Below, one piece after another: positions 16,977 through 24,621 of a stretch of 47,476 nt of DNA. Made by a program: the position numbers and the translations under genes. Every line of letters starts with the position of its first letter. Position 1 is the first letter of the stretch. Origin of the DNA: Candidatus Nomurabacteria bacterium RIFCSPLOWO2_01_FULL_42_20 (lineage in GTDB: Bacteria > Patescibacteriota > Minisyncoccia > Phycocordibacterales > CAZVEC01); contig MFVF01000016.1 in the NCBI GenBank assembly GCA_001785965.1, positions 2,098 to 49,573 of the forward strand, in the 5' to 3' direction. The notes under the pieces are model-generated. The model was given only the letters and a program-made list of their open reading frames with translations, was not told where the DNA came from and made no database searches.

Positions 16977-17996
16977 ATGCAAAAAATAGATTTTCTAGCA
17001 ATAGGTGACTTGGTCATAGACGCTTTTATAAAACTAAGGGATGCCCATGTGCATTGTAAGATAGACACAAACGCTTGCGAGCTTTGCGTGCGTTTCGGAG
17101 ATAAAGTGCCTTTTGAATCAGTCGAGGTTGTACCGGCCGTCGGCAATAGTCCTAATGCTTCGGTGGCTGCCGCCCGCCTCGGGCTCAAGTCTGCTCTTCT
17201 GGCCAGTGTCGGCGACGATCAAAACGGCCGAGACTGCCTGGAGTCTCTCAAGAAAGACAAAGTCAATACAAAATTTATAAGGATTGAAAAAGGCAAGCCG
17301 ACTAATTATCACTATGTTCTTTGGTACGAAGCGGAGCGAACGATTTTAATCAAACACACAGAGTTTAATTATCATCTGCCTAAAGATCTGCCGGAACCGG
17401 CCTGGATTTATTTGAGCTCGCTCGCTTCTAATGCCCTGCCCTTTCAGATTGAAATTGAGGAATATTTAAAAGAGCACCCAAATATAAAGCTCGCTTTCCA
17501 GCCGGGAACATTTCAAATTGAACAAGGTTACGATAGATTAAAAAATCTTTATAAGAGGGCCGAAGTTTTCTTCTGCAATAAGGAAGAATCTCAAAGAATT
17601 TTAAATACTAAAGAAAATGATATAAAAATATTGCTTCAAAAAATCAGAGAGCTGGGGCCGAAGATTGCCGTCATAACCGACGGGCCCGCCGGCGCCTACG
17701 CTTATACCGAAGGTTCCGAGTATAATCGAGGGAATGGCAAAGAAGCTTGGTATACTCCGATGTATCCTGATCCAGCTCCGCCGGTTGATCGCACTGGCGC
17801 CGGCGATGCTTTTTCCTCTACCTTTACAATCGCCTTAGCGTATGGTAAAATGATTCCCGAGGCCCTATCTTGGGGGCCGATCAATTCTATGTCGGTGGTG
17901 CAATATGTCGGCGCGCAAAAAGGACTGCTTTCCAGGGAAAAACTGGAAGAATACCTCAAAAATGCGCCAGAAAATTATATGATAAAAAGCATATAA
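16977..17996 (+). CDS. PfkB-family carbohydrate kinase (ribokinase-like)
   Basis: DRTGAGDAFSSTFTIAL is the PfkB signature 2. The N-terminus reads LAIGDLVIDAF. Confidence 0.85.
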   Translation: MQKIDFLAIGDLVIDAFIKLRDAHVHCKIDTNACELCVRFGDKVPFESVEVVPAVGNSPNASVAAARLGLKSALLASVGDDQNGRDCLESLKKDKVNTKFIRIEKGKPTNYHYVLWYEAERTILIKHTEFNYHLPKDLPEPAWIYLSSLASNALPFQIEIEEYLKEHPNIKLAFQPGTFQIEQGYDRLKNLYKRAEVFFCNKEESQRILNTKENDIKILLQKIRELGPKIAVITDGPAGAYAYTEGSEYNRGNGKEAWYTPMYPDPAPPVDRTGAGDAFSSTFTIALAYGKMIPEALSWGPINSMSVVQYVGAQKGLLSREKLEEYLKNAPENYMIKSI

Positions 17997-18013
17997 TTAA
18001 TAGAATTTTTATT

Positions 18014-18709
18014 ATGAATGAAAAAGGAAGAGATCTCTGGTGGAAACCGGGGGTATCAGAAAAAGAAAAAGAATTAACCGAGGAAAAGACTGCAGAAACC
18101 GCTGTGGCTTATGAGAATTTGGCAGTAGATATTGCACTGCTAGAAATGAAGCATAAAGGTCTCGAAGAAGAAGACAAGGAAGTGCTGAATTATATAGGTG
18201 CCGCAGAAGATTTTATTGAATTAGCTAGAAGTTCAAAAAAAAAAGAAGATATTTCTATCGCAAAGTATGAAAAAGAAAAACAAGCAGAATCGTTTCGGAA
18301 ACGCGAAGATTTAGAGACTCAAATACTTGATATTGAGAATGAGATCAAAGAAAAAAAAGAAAAGCTAAAAACTCTACCGCGAATTGGTAGAGACACCCCT
18401 TATCATATTGTATTAGAAAAAGATGATATGGTGCCGTTTCGGGAAAAAACAATGGAAACTAAAGTCGAGCTTGATCTTATCACCAAGACAATTGAGGTGT
18501 TGACACAGCGTCTTGATGAAAATAAAAAGGAGCTCAATGAATATCGAATGAAGCCAGTAAGAGAAAGGACTCAAGTAGGAATTGCTTACCGAAAATCGAT
18601 GATTGAAAATCTAAAGAAAATGATAGAAACAAGAGAAAAAGAGAAGGAGGAGATGGCTGATTTTTATTTTGATCTCAAAAATAAATTAGAAAAAATAGAG
18701 TCAAGATAG
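18014..18709 (+). CDS. Lys/Glu-rich coiled-coil protein, DLWWKPG paralog A
   Basis: I moved the start to the ATG at 18014 (MNEKGRDLWWKPGVSEKEK), because the track ORF start at 17870 overlaps the PfkB gene. The gene is paralogous to 18758..19504. Confidence 0.6.
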   Translation: MNEKGRDLWWKPGVSEKEKELTEEKTAETAVAYENLAVDIALLEMKHKGLEEEDKEVLNYIGAAEDFIELARSSKKKEDISIAKYEKEKQAESFRKREDLETQILDIENEIKEKKEKLKTLPRIGRDTPYHIVLEKDDMVPFREKTMETKVELDLITKTIEVLTQRLDENKKELNEYRMKPVRERTQVGIAYRKSMIENLKKMIETREKEKEEMADFYFDLKNKLEKIESR

Positions 18710-18757
18710 AAAAATATGACTAATTTTTTAAAAGATTAGGAATTAAATCAAATCAAT

Positions 18758-19504
18758 ATGAAAGAAGGAAAAAAAGATCTCTGGTGGAAACCGGGGACAT
18801 CACAAGAAGAGAAAAACCAAATAAGTGAGAAGATTAAAGAAAGTCAAGAAAACTTTACGGCTTTAAAGAACCAAATAATCGCTCTAAAATATAAAAAGGA
18901 ACAGTTGGAGCTAAAACAGCAGGAATTACATAACCAAATTCAAAATGTAGATGTTGTAAGAGCAAAAATCGGAAGCTCAAGAAGTTTTGAAGATATTGAT
19001 TATGTAGAAGAAAAAGAAGGAGAAAAAGAAAGGTTAAGTGAAGAGTACGCAAAACTCAAACCCATAATTGAGGACTTAGAAGCAGAGATAATAGAAAAAG
19101 AAAATAAAACAAAGGATCGTGGAATAATTGGGAAAGATATGACGTACCAGGATATGTTGAAAAATGAACTTGAAAAAATAAAGAATGCATTTGAATCTTC
19201 CAAAGAGAAGTTGAAACAGCTGAAAAATGGATTGAAAGAAAAGAAATTAGAGTTAAAAGAAAAGGAAAATGAACTTTCTTTGCTAAAGAGTAGATTATTT
19301 ATGGCTAAATTAAGTGAGACAGATACCCAGAAGGTTAAAGAGATAGAAAAGGAAGAAAAAGAAAAAAGAAATTATATTGTAAATTTGGAAAAAGAATTGC
19401 CAGAATTAGAAGAAAAAATATTAGAAAAAAAAGAGAGAAGTGAACAACTCCTCAATACATTTCTTGATATGAAGAATGAACTCAAAAAATTGGAACAACA
19501 ATAA
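18758..19504 (+). CDS. Lys/Glu-rich coiled-coil protein, DLWWKPG paralog B
   Basis: MKEGKKDLWWKPGTSQEEK. It shares internal (GIIGKDMTY vs RIGRDTPY) and C-terminal (FLDMKNELKKLE vs YFDLKNKLEKIE) blocks with paralog A. Confidence 0.6.
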   Translation: MKEGKKDLWWKPGTSQEEKNQISEKIKESQENFTALKNQIIALKYKKEQLELKQQELHNQIQNVDVVRAKIGSSRSFEDIDYVEEKEGEKERLSEEYAKLKPIIEDLEAEIIEKENKTKDRGIIGKDMTYQDMLKNELEKIKNAFESSKEKLKQLKNGLKEKKLELKEKENELSLLKSRLFMAKLSETDTQKVKEIEKEEKEKRNYIVNLEKELPELEEKILEKKERSEQLLNTFLDMKNELKKLEQQ

Positions 19505-19506
19505 AC

Positions 19507-19540
19507 AAAAATCTCAGAGTTATGCTCTGAGATTTTTGTT
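19507..19540 (+). terminator. Rho-independent terminator
   Basis: The stem aaaaatctcagag/ctctgagattttt has the loop ttatg and a T-rich tail. Confidence 0.85.
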
Positions 19541-19550
19541 TATTGTTGTA

Positions 19551-19596
19551 GATTCTGCTAGAATTTTTTATCTAAAAATTCTAGCAGAATCTTTTT
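19551..19596 (+). terminator. Second hairpin (18-bp stem) followed by TTTTT
   Basis: gattctgctagaattttt (19551-19568), loop tatct, aaaaattctagcagaatc (19574-19591), then ttttt. Confidence 0.7.
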
Positions 19597-19645
19597 AGTT
19601 CCCTCTTTGTCCAATTTGTATTTTTTCCAAAGATCTTTAGATAAT
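19574..19645 (-). pseudogene. Relic copy of the 3' end of the transketolase C-terminal subunit gene
   Basis: On the minus strand it reads SKDLWKKYKLDKEGTKKILLEFLDKKF*. The real gene end (20670-20760) reads VKDLWKKYKLDKEGTKEKLLEFFKDERK*. The core aatttgtattttttccaaag is identical. Confidence 0.65.
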
Positions 19646-19646
19646 T

Positions 19647-19889
19647 TCAAGTAAATTTGATTTCCTTAGATGAAATAAAAGAAGTACTAATTGGTATTTG
19701 AAAATTCAGATAATTTAAATTTTTAGGTTTAATTCGTTTACTAGCATCCAAAATTTCAATGCCTAAAATTTTATTACCCTTTCCAATATCTAAAATTATA
19801 CCCTCGTCAACTTCTTTATTGCGCAAAAAAACACCTTTTTGAAATTGAAGGTACATTGCGTCAGCTTGTTTGTCGTAAGTTATTTTCAT
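19647..19889 (-). CDS. DUF2283-family protein (antitoxin-like partner of DUF4258)
   Basis: MKITYDKQADAMYLQF...ILGIEILDAS. It overlaps the upstream gene by 4 nt. Confidence 0.7.
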   Translation of the reverse strand: MKITYDKQADAMYLQFQKGVFLRNKEVDEGIILDIGKGNKILGIEILDASKRIKPKNLNYLNFQIPISTSFISSKEIKFT

Positions 19890-20119
19890 AATTTTTTATT
19901 TCGGCTATGCCAAATCACCGAGATTATTATTTGTTTATTCTTTTCCTTAATAAATACAACTTTTATTACTCCTTGGATAAATTTCTTAAAAACGATCGAT
20001 CTGCCAAAGTATCCGTAAGCTATTTCGTCTGGATCAATTAATGAGGCTTTTAACATCGCTTCAGTAATTTTCCTTAAAGTCATTCTCTCCTTTGCGTGTT
20101 TTGTATAATATATCCTCAT
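19886..20119 (-). CDS. DUF4258-family toxin-like protein
   Basis: IYYTKHAKERMTLRKITEAMLKASL...KVVF......IISVIW. Confidence 0.7.
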   Translation of the reverse strand: MRIYYTKHAKERMTLRKITEAMLKASLIDPDEIAYGYFGRSIVFKKFIQGVIKVVFIKEKNKQIIISVIWHSRNKKL

Positions 20120-20238
20120 TCAATGCATTATTATACCAAATCTACCAAATTTCCCAAATCTTGACAAGATGGCGGCTGGGTAGTAGTATAAACACCAGAA
20201 ATTCACGGATTATTTAACTAATACTAATATCTTGTTCT

Positions 20239-20625
20239 ATGAAAACTTTTTACATTGGCCTCATCATCGTAACTGTTGTTACAATTGTTCTAAGATTTTT
20301 TTATCCTGTGGATAGTGATATTTTTATCGTGACTCTTGTGATGTGTTGGGGGGTTTTCATATGGATGGAAGCCTTTGTTTATTTCTGCACTCGTCACCCG
20401 AATAGTACTGTAAAGATTGTACTATCCCTGCTACTATCTGTGATTATGCTTTTGACTTCTGTGTCGTTTCTAGCCATGGAGATTTTTGTTGATGGTTTGT
20501 CTGATTTACATTGGCAAACACAGCAAAATTTTAAGCTATTAGGACGCGCAATCGGATTTTCTGCAGTATTTGGTTTTATAACATCATTATTATTGCGGAT
20601 TTTCTATCCACTAAAGGAGGAATAA
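20239..20625 (+). CDS. Small four-TM membrane protein, function unknown
   Basis: It has four hydrophobic segments. It is the only plus-strand gene inside the cassette bounded by the transketolase 3'-end duplication. Confidence 0.5.
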   Translation: MKTFYIGLIIVTVVTIVLRFFYPVDSDIFIVTLVMCWGVFIWMEAFVYFCTRHPNSTVKIVLSLLLSVIMLLTSVSFLAMEIFVDGLSDLHWQTQQNFKLLGRAIGFSAVFGFITSLLLRIFYPLKEE

Positions 20626-20669
20626 CAAATCAGAATTTTAAATCACATCAAATCAAAGATATGATTTTT

Positions 20670-21650
20670 TTATTTCCTCTCGTCCTTAAAAAACTCAAGC
20701 AATTTTTCTTTAGTCCCCTCCTTATCTAATTTGTATTTTTTCCAAAGGTCTTTAACTGAACCCGATTCGGCAAATTCATCGTAGACGCCGTGGAGCTTCA
20801 TAGGCACAGGATAATTCTCGGCAAGAAATTGAGCTACCACGCTGCCCATTCCCCCTTTCACATTATGATCTTCGGCCGTAAAAACTTTACCGGTTTTTTT
20901 AACTGATTTTAAAATAGTCTTTCCATCAAGCGGTTTTATCGTGTGGAGATTTATAACTTCAATAGAAATTTTATTAGCCAGCTCTTCGGCGATCTGCAAA
21001 AGCCAATAAACCATGTAACCGTGGCCGATAGCCGTTAGGTCTTTTCCTTCCCGCAACACTTGCGCCTTGCCTACTTCAAATGGAGTATCAGGGGTTGTGA
21101 AAACCGGTGTGGCTTCGCGCGCGTTTCGCACGTAGACCGGCCCTTTTAGATCATACGCGGCCTTCACAGCTTTTTTGGCCTGCTCGGCATCGCACGGACA
21201 AATGACAGTAAAATTTGGAAGACAATTTGTTAAAGCGATGTCTTCGGTCATCTGGTGGGTGGGGCCGTCGGAGCCGGTGGCGAGTCCCGCATGGCTTGAG
21301 ACAAAAACCACGTGATTATTGGGATAGCAAATAGTTGTTCGCATTGGCTCCCAGGCCCGACCGATCAGAAAAGGCGCGTAAGTGACGGCGTAAGGCACTT
21401 TGCCCGCATAAGCTAGCCCAGCTGAAACACCGATTAGATTCTGCTCGGCCACGCCGACTTGAATTGTCCGCTCCGGAAACTTTTTAGCAAAATGATGGGC
21501 TCGGCAAGACTCAAGCGTATCCGCCCCCAAAACAACCATATCTTTCTTTATTTCCCCCAATTCCGCCATACCCAAACCGGCCCCTTCCCGCATCGGGCTC
21601 CACTTGACCGTCTTTTCATCCAAATAATTTTCTGAAAATTTATAATTCAT
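20670..21650 (-). CDS. tkt: Transketolase, C-terminal (pyrimidine-binding plus C-terminal domain) subunit
   Basis: REGAGLGMAELG..., VGVAEQNLIGVSAGLA and SHAGLATGSDGPTHQ are present. I placed the start at MNYKF (21650) so that it does not overlap the SOD gene. Confidence 0.9.
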   Translation of the reverse strand: MNYKFSENYLDEKTVKWSPMREGAGLGMAELGEIKKDMVVLGADTLESCRAHHFAKKFPERTIQVGVAEQNLIGVSAGLAYAGKVPYAVTYAPFLIGRAWEPMRTTICYPNNHVVFVSSHAGLATGSDGPTHQMTEDIALTNCLPNFTVICPCDAEQAKKAVKAAYDLKGPVYVRNAREATPVFTTPDTPFEVGKAQVLREGKDLTAIGHGYMVYWLLQIAEELANKISIEVINLHTIKPLDGKTILKSVKKTGKVFTAEDHNVKGGMGSVVAQFLAENYPVPMKLHGVYDEFAESGSVKDLWKKYKLDKEGTKEKLLEFFKDERK

Positions 21651-21652
21651 AA

Positions 21653-22312
21653 TTAAAAAAGTTTTAAAACTTGCCACCAATTTTCAATATACTCCGCGCG
21701 GCGATTTTGATATTTTAGATAATAGGCGTGCTCCCAGATGTCGAGACCGAGAATTATCTTTAATCCTTTATCCTTAATCATTAACGGGGAATCTTGGTTT
21801 GGGGTGGTGATTATTGACAAGCCATTCGACTCACTTTGCTCGCTCATGGCAAGCCAGCACCAGCCGCTGCCGAAAACACCAAGCGCCGCCGCGCTAAATT
21901 TTTTTTTAAATTCCTCCAAACTGCCGAATTCTTTATTAATGCGGTCGATCAAATTCTGATCGGGCGATTTTTGCGGCGCCATGATTTCCCAAAACAAGCT
22001 GTGATTCAAATGCCCGCCGGCATTGTTTTTGAAAATTATTTTGTCTTTTTCATCCATTGGCAGCGTCTTGAGATTTTGCAGAAGGTCAGCCAATTCCCTG
22101 TCTTGCAGACTAGGCCTGCCCGCCATAGCTTTCTTGTCCGCCGAAGTTTTAACGAAGGCGGAAGCGACGGCGGGATATTTTTCTAAAACCGCATTTAATT
22201 TATCGACGTAACCTTGATGATGTTTCGTGTGATGAATCTCCATCGTCCGCGCGTCAATAAAAGGCTCGAGGTCATCGTAAGCGTATGGTAATTTTGGTAA
22301 TGTGTAAGACAT
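21653..22312 (-). CDS. Fe/Mn superoxide dismutase
   Basis: LPKLPYAYDDLEPFIDARTMEIHHTKHH, GGHLNHSLFW and DIWEHAYYL are present. Confidence 0.9.
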   Translation of the reverse strand: MSYTLPKLPYAYDDLEPFIDARTMEIHHTKHHQGYVDKLNAVLEKYPAVASAFVKTSADKKAMAGRPSLQDRELADLLQNLKTLPMDEKDKIIFKNNAGGHLNHSLFWEIMAPQKSPDQNLIDRINKEFGSLEEFKKKFSAAALGVFGSGWCWLAMSEQSESNGLSIITTPNQDSPLMIKDKGLKIILGLDIWEHAYYLKYQNRRAEYIENWWQVLKLF

Positions 22313-22316
22313 AAGT

Positions 22317-23219
22317 CTATTTTAGCAAATTATTTTCAATTTCTTTAAGTTCCCGAAGGGCTTCGGCGGCTTGCCTTTCGCGCGGCACTTTGTCTTCCGG
22401 GCCAAGGCCGGGCGGGATGCCGTGCCAGCGATAATCGTTTTCCATAAATGAAACGCCTTTGCCGGGGGTGGTGCGAGCGATAATGACAGTCGGCCGGCCG
22501 CGATCAGCTTTTGACTCCTCCAAACGCGCGACAATTTCATTGAAATCATGCCCATCTGTCTCCAAAACATTCCAATTAAAAGATTTGTATTTTTCTGCCA
22601 GCGGATCAAGCGGCATGACAGATTCCGTGTCGCCGTCAATTTGGATATAATTGCGATCAATAATGACAGTCAGATTATCCAGTTTGTACTTGGCCGCGAG
22701 CATGACAGCTTCCCAAGTCATTCCTTCTTCATGTTCGCCGTCGGAAGTGAGACACCAAATGTGATATTTATTTTGATTGCCATCCATCCTGGCCGCCAAG
22801 GCAAAACCGCAAGCCTGCGAAAGTCCTTCGCCGAGCGGCCCCGAAGAAGTTTCCAAGGCCGGCAGGCGGCGCATATTCGGATGTCCTTCAAGCCGCGAAC
22901 CAATTTTGCGAAAAGTTTTAAGCTCTTCGGGAGTAATGTCGTAGCCGGCATGATACATCGCAGAATAGCGCACCGGACAGATATGCCCATTGGAAAGAAT
23001 AAGCCGATCGCGCTCCGGCCAAGCAGGATTCTTCGGATCATGCTTAAGTACATGAAAATAAAGCGCGGTAAAAATATCGGCCATGCCCAAAGGCCCTGCA
23101 GTATGCCCCGCCCCGGCCGGAATGAGCATCTCAATAATCGTCTGTCTCACGCGGTTGGCCGTCAATTCCAGCTCTTTATTTTTTTTATCGGTTAGCATTA
23201 AGCTTATTATACAAAACAA
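22317..23219 (-). CDS. tkt: Transketolase, N-terminal (TPP-binding) subunit
   Basis: GAGHTAGPLGMADIFTALYF, LSNGH and TSDGEHEEG are present. Confidence 0.9.
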   Translation of the reverse strand: MFCIISLMLTDKKNKELELTANRVRQTIIEMLIPAGAGHTAGPLGMADIFTALYFHVLKHDPKNPAWPERDRLILSNGHICPVRYSAMYHAGYDITPEELKTFRKIGSRLEGHPNMRRLPALETSSGPLGEGLSQACGFALAARMDGNQNKYHIWCLTSDGEHEEGMTWEAVMLAAKYKLDNLTVIIDRNYIQIDGDTESVMPLDPLAEKYKSFNWNVLETDGHDFNEIVARLEESKADRGRPTVIIARTTPGKGVSFMENDYRWHGIPPGLGPEDKVPRERQAAEALRELKEIENNLLK

Positions 23220-23369
23220 TTTGAAAATTTAAAAGACACGACAAATATCTATAATAACTATACCGGAATTTTGCAAAATATTAGTATAGATATAGATGAG
23301 GTTAGTAAAAATTAAAAAATATTTTAAGCAAGATTTTGGAGTTCTTTCCCCGCTTCGCCCCTACTTCGC

Positions 23370-23407
23370 CAAGGCTACGCAGGGCGAGCAAGGCTTCGCA
23401 GGGCGAG
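23370..23407. repeat. Tandem GC-rich 19-mer (2 copies) supplying the last codons and the stop of rpe
   Basis: caaggctacgcagggcgag followed by caaggcttcgcagggcgag, with 1 mismatch. Confidence 0.9.
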
Positions 23408-24097
23408 TACTGTTTCCCTGATATCCAAACTGTTAAATATAACCGAACCGACGACGAGACGATTCGCGCCGGCTTCGATCAAGCGTGGGGCGGTGTCGAA
23501 ACTCACTCCCCCATCAACACTGATAATAAGCTCCGGATATTCTTTTCGCAGAGCTTTTACTTGATCGATTACTCGCTCGTCAAAAGGCTGGCCCTGATAG
23601 CCAATTTTTTCTATTCCCATGCATTGGACGAAATCAATATTTGAGATTAAAGATTTAAGATTTAAGATTGAAGTAGAAGTATTAATAGCAATGCCGATTT
23701 GAGTATTGTCTCTTATGTACAAATCAATGCCCTCTAAAAATTCCTTAAATTCTTGGGTATCTCCTTCGGCCTCTAAGTGGAAGATTATGCGCTTGGCTCC
23801 GAGATTAAGAAATAGGTCAAAATTTTCATGGGCCCGAGAGACCATCAAATCAAGCTCATAATCAACCTCTTCCCAAAACGGCATTCCCTCGCGTTCACTA
23901 AGAATATCTTGCGCGTATTGGTCTAGTTCCAGATTATCCCTCGATTCCACTCGGGATGAAAACGGCCATGAGACCGTTTTCACAAAATTGCCGTCGCAAA
24001 TATCAATTTGTACGGTTGAAACAAGCCCCTTGACCAGTGAGACTTTATTCTTCAAATCTTCATAATTTTTCGGCAATATTGCCGGAATTATTTCCAT
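23375..24097 (-). CDS. rpe: Ribulose-phosphate 3-epimerase-like protein
   Basis: IPAIL...VQIDICDGNFV, IFHLEA and ISVDGGV...AGANRLVVGSVIF are present. It sits in a pentose-phosphate gene cluster and carries an unusual internal insert. Confidence 0.7.
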   Translation of the reverse strand: MEIIPAILPKNYEDLKNKVSLVKGLVSTVQIDICDGNFVKTVSWPFSSRVESRDNLELDQYAQDILSEREGMPFWEEVDYELDLMVSRAHENFDLFLNLGAKRIIFHLEAEGDTQEFKEFLEGIDLYIRDNTQIGIAINTSTSILNLKSLISNIDFVQCMGIEKIGYQGQPFDERVIDQVKALRKEYPELIISVDGGVSFDTAPRLIEAGANRLVVGSVIFNSLDIRETVLALRSLARPA

Positions 24098-24113
24098 GGG
24101 TAGCTTCTAGCGC

Positions 24114-24620
24114 CTAGCGACTAGCGTCTATTTTTTTAATCCTACGAATGTGGCGAGCTTCGCCGGAAAATGGCGTTTCGAGAAAAATTTTGACGGCTTG
24201 TTTTGCTTCGTCGAGGGTTACAAAACGCGCGGCAAGTGTTAAAATATTTGCATTGTTGTGCGTGCGAGCGAGTTTTACTATTTCGTACGGATCTTTACTT
24301 TTTGTTCCCTCTATTTCAACTGATTCAGTCGCCTGCCGCGAACCATAAAATACTGCCGCGCGCACTCCCTTAAATCGATTAGACACAATTGCTTCTCCTT
24401 GCCCGCCGCCGCCGATAACTATCCCTCGACTACGCTCGGGATCTCCGGCTACGCTTTCAGCTACGCCTGCGACGAAATCAGGGTAGTCATCATCGGGATT
24501 ATATTCATAAGGTCCTTTGTCTATAACTTCATATGGAAAACCCTCTAAATAATCAATTAGAGTTTCTTTAAGTTTATAACCCGCATGATCGCCCCCGATA
24601 AAAATAAGCATTTTAAACAA
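24114..24620 (-). CDS. rpiB: Ribose-5-phosphate isomerase B
   Basis: IFIGGDHAGYKLKE...VIDKG..., GGGGQGEAIVSNRFKGVRAA. Confidence 0.9.
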   Translation of the reverse strand: MFKMLIFIGGDHAGYKLKETLIDYLEGFPYEVIDKGPYEYNPDDDYPDFVAGVAESVAGDPERSRGIVIGGGGQGEAIVSNRFKGVRAAVFYGSRQATESVEIEGTKSKDPYEIVKLARTHNNANILTLAARFVTLDEAKQAVKIFLETPFSGEARHIRRIKKIDASR

Positions 24621-24621
24621 A

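Noticed and set aside
17870-18013. The 5' extension of the first DLWWKPG gene given in the track.
   Set aside because: It overlaps the end of the PfkB kinase gene in another frame. The paralog alignment shows that the conserved N-terminus begins at the ATG at 18014.
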